A DNA stretch of 19,592 nt from Bacteroidia bacterium (GTDB lineage Bacteria > Bacteroidota > Bacteroidia > Bacteroidales > VadinHA17), in contig JAPLDX010000022.1 in NCBI GenBank assembly GCA_026391215.1, positions 1 to 19,592 of the forward strand, in the 5' to 3' direction. The notes under the pieces were generated by a model that was not told the origin of the DNA, ran no database searches, and saw only the letters and a program-made list of their open reading frames with translations. The position numbers and the translations under genes were made by a program. Below are positions 19,092 through 19,592 of this stretch, piece by piece; positions within the stretch are counted from its first letter, which is position 1, and each line of letters begins with the position of its first letter.

Positions 19092-19592
19092 TCAAATAGC
19101 TTCTTTAATCTTCTGGGCCAGGTTGGCGTGAACAACAACGCTGGTCTGAAGGATCATGTTCATTATAGCTTTTCGCTTTGAAACACCATGACCAATTACA
19201 ACATTGGCATTGATACCAACAATGGGAGTACCGCCAATATTCTCAAAATCGAGACTATCAAAATAAGAATCCTTAAGATTTCTGGACTTATAAATATAAT
19301 GAAATGCTTCTGTTTGTTTTAATAATACATTCCCGACAAATCCGTCACATATGATCACATCGGGCATTGTTTCCCTGAAAAGATAATTAGCTTCAATGTT
19401 GCCTTTGAAATTCAGCTGGGGACAATCCTTCATGAGTTCATATGCAGTCTTGATGGAGGGAGTTCCTTTCGATTCTTCTTCACCAATATTCAGCAACTTG
19501 ACAACGGGATTCCTTATTTCAAGCACGTATTCGGCAAAAATACTTCCCAGGATACCCCACTGCATTAGTACGTCCGGCTTGGTGTCAGGATT
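19092..19592 (-). CDS. plsX: Phosphate acyltransferase PlsX, C-terminal part (5' end outside the window)
   Basis: Frame open to the window edge ([11 protein letters not shown]…). Motifs [40 protein letters not shown] and GHG. Directly upstream of fabH. Confidence 0.93.
   Translation of the reverse strand, partial: NPDTKPDVLMQWGILGSIFAEYVLEIRNPVVKLLNIGEEESKGTPSIKTAYELMKDCPQLNFKGNIEANYLFRETMPDVIICDGFVGNVLLKQTEAFHYIYKSRNLKDSYFDSLDFENIGGTPIVGINANVVIGHGVSKRKAIMNMILQTSVVVHANLAQKIKEAI

Overview
Housekeeping region of a Bacteroidota genome, probably Bacteroidales. The taxon is inferred from TAnnTTTG -7 promoter boxes, Gln at +1 of signal peptides, lineage-typical inserts in AtpA/AtpD and a short epsilon subunit. 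From the right end on the minus strand: plsX (partial) and fabH, a 120-bp REP/REPIN-like nested inverted repeat, then a bactofilin-atpZ/I-atpI-like-atpB-E-F-H-A-G-polyprenyl synthase run. A small outer-membrane beta-barrel gene follows on the + strand. A separately promoted atpD-atpC-aromatic amino acid decarboxylase unit comes next. The left part holds a secreted 970-aa HExxH/beta-propeller/Omp85-like protein, divergent from a 1072-aa DUF2723/TMEM260-like GT-C membrane protein, plus a stand-alone response regulator. The clearest anomaly is one in-frame TGA in atpD at a conserved Gly just before Walker A, in an otherwise intact gene. I found no RNA genes, CRISPR arrays, transposases or phage genes. 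All family assignments come from motif recognition, not database searches.
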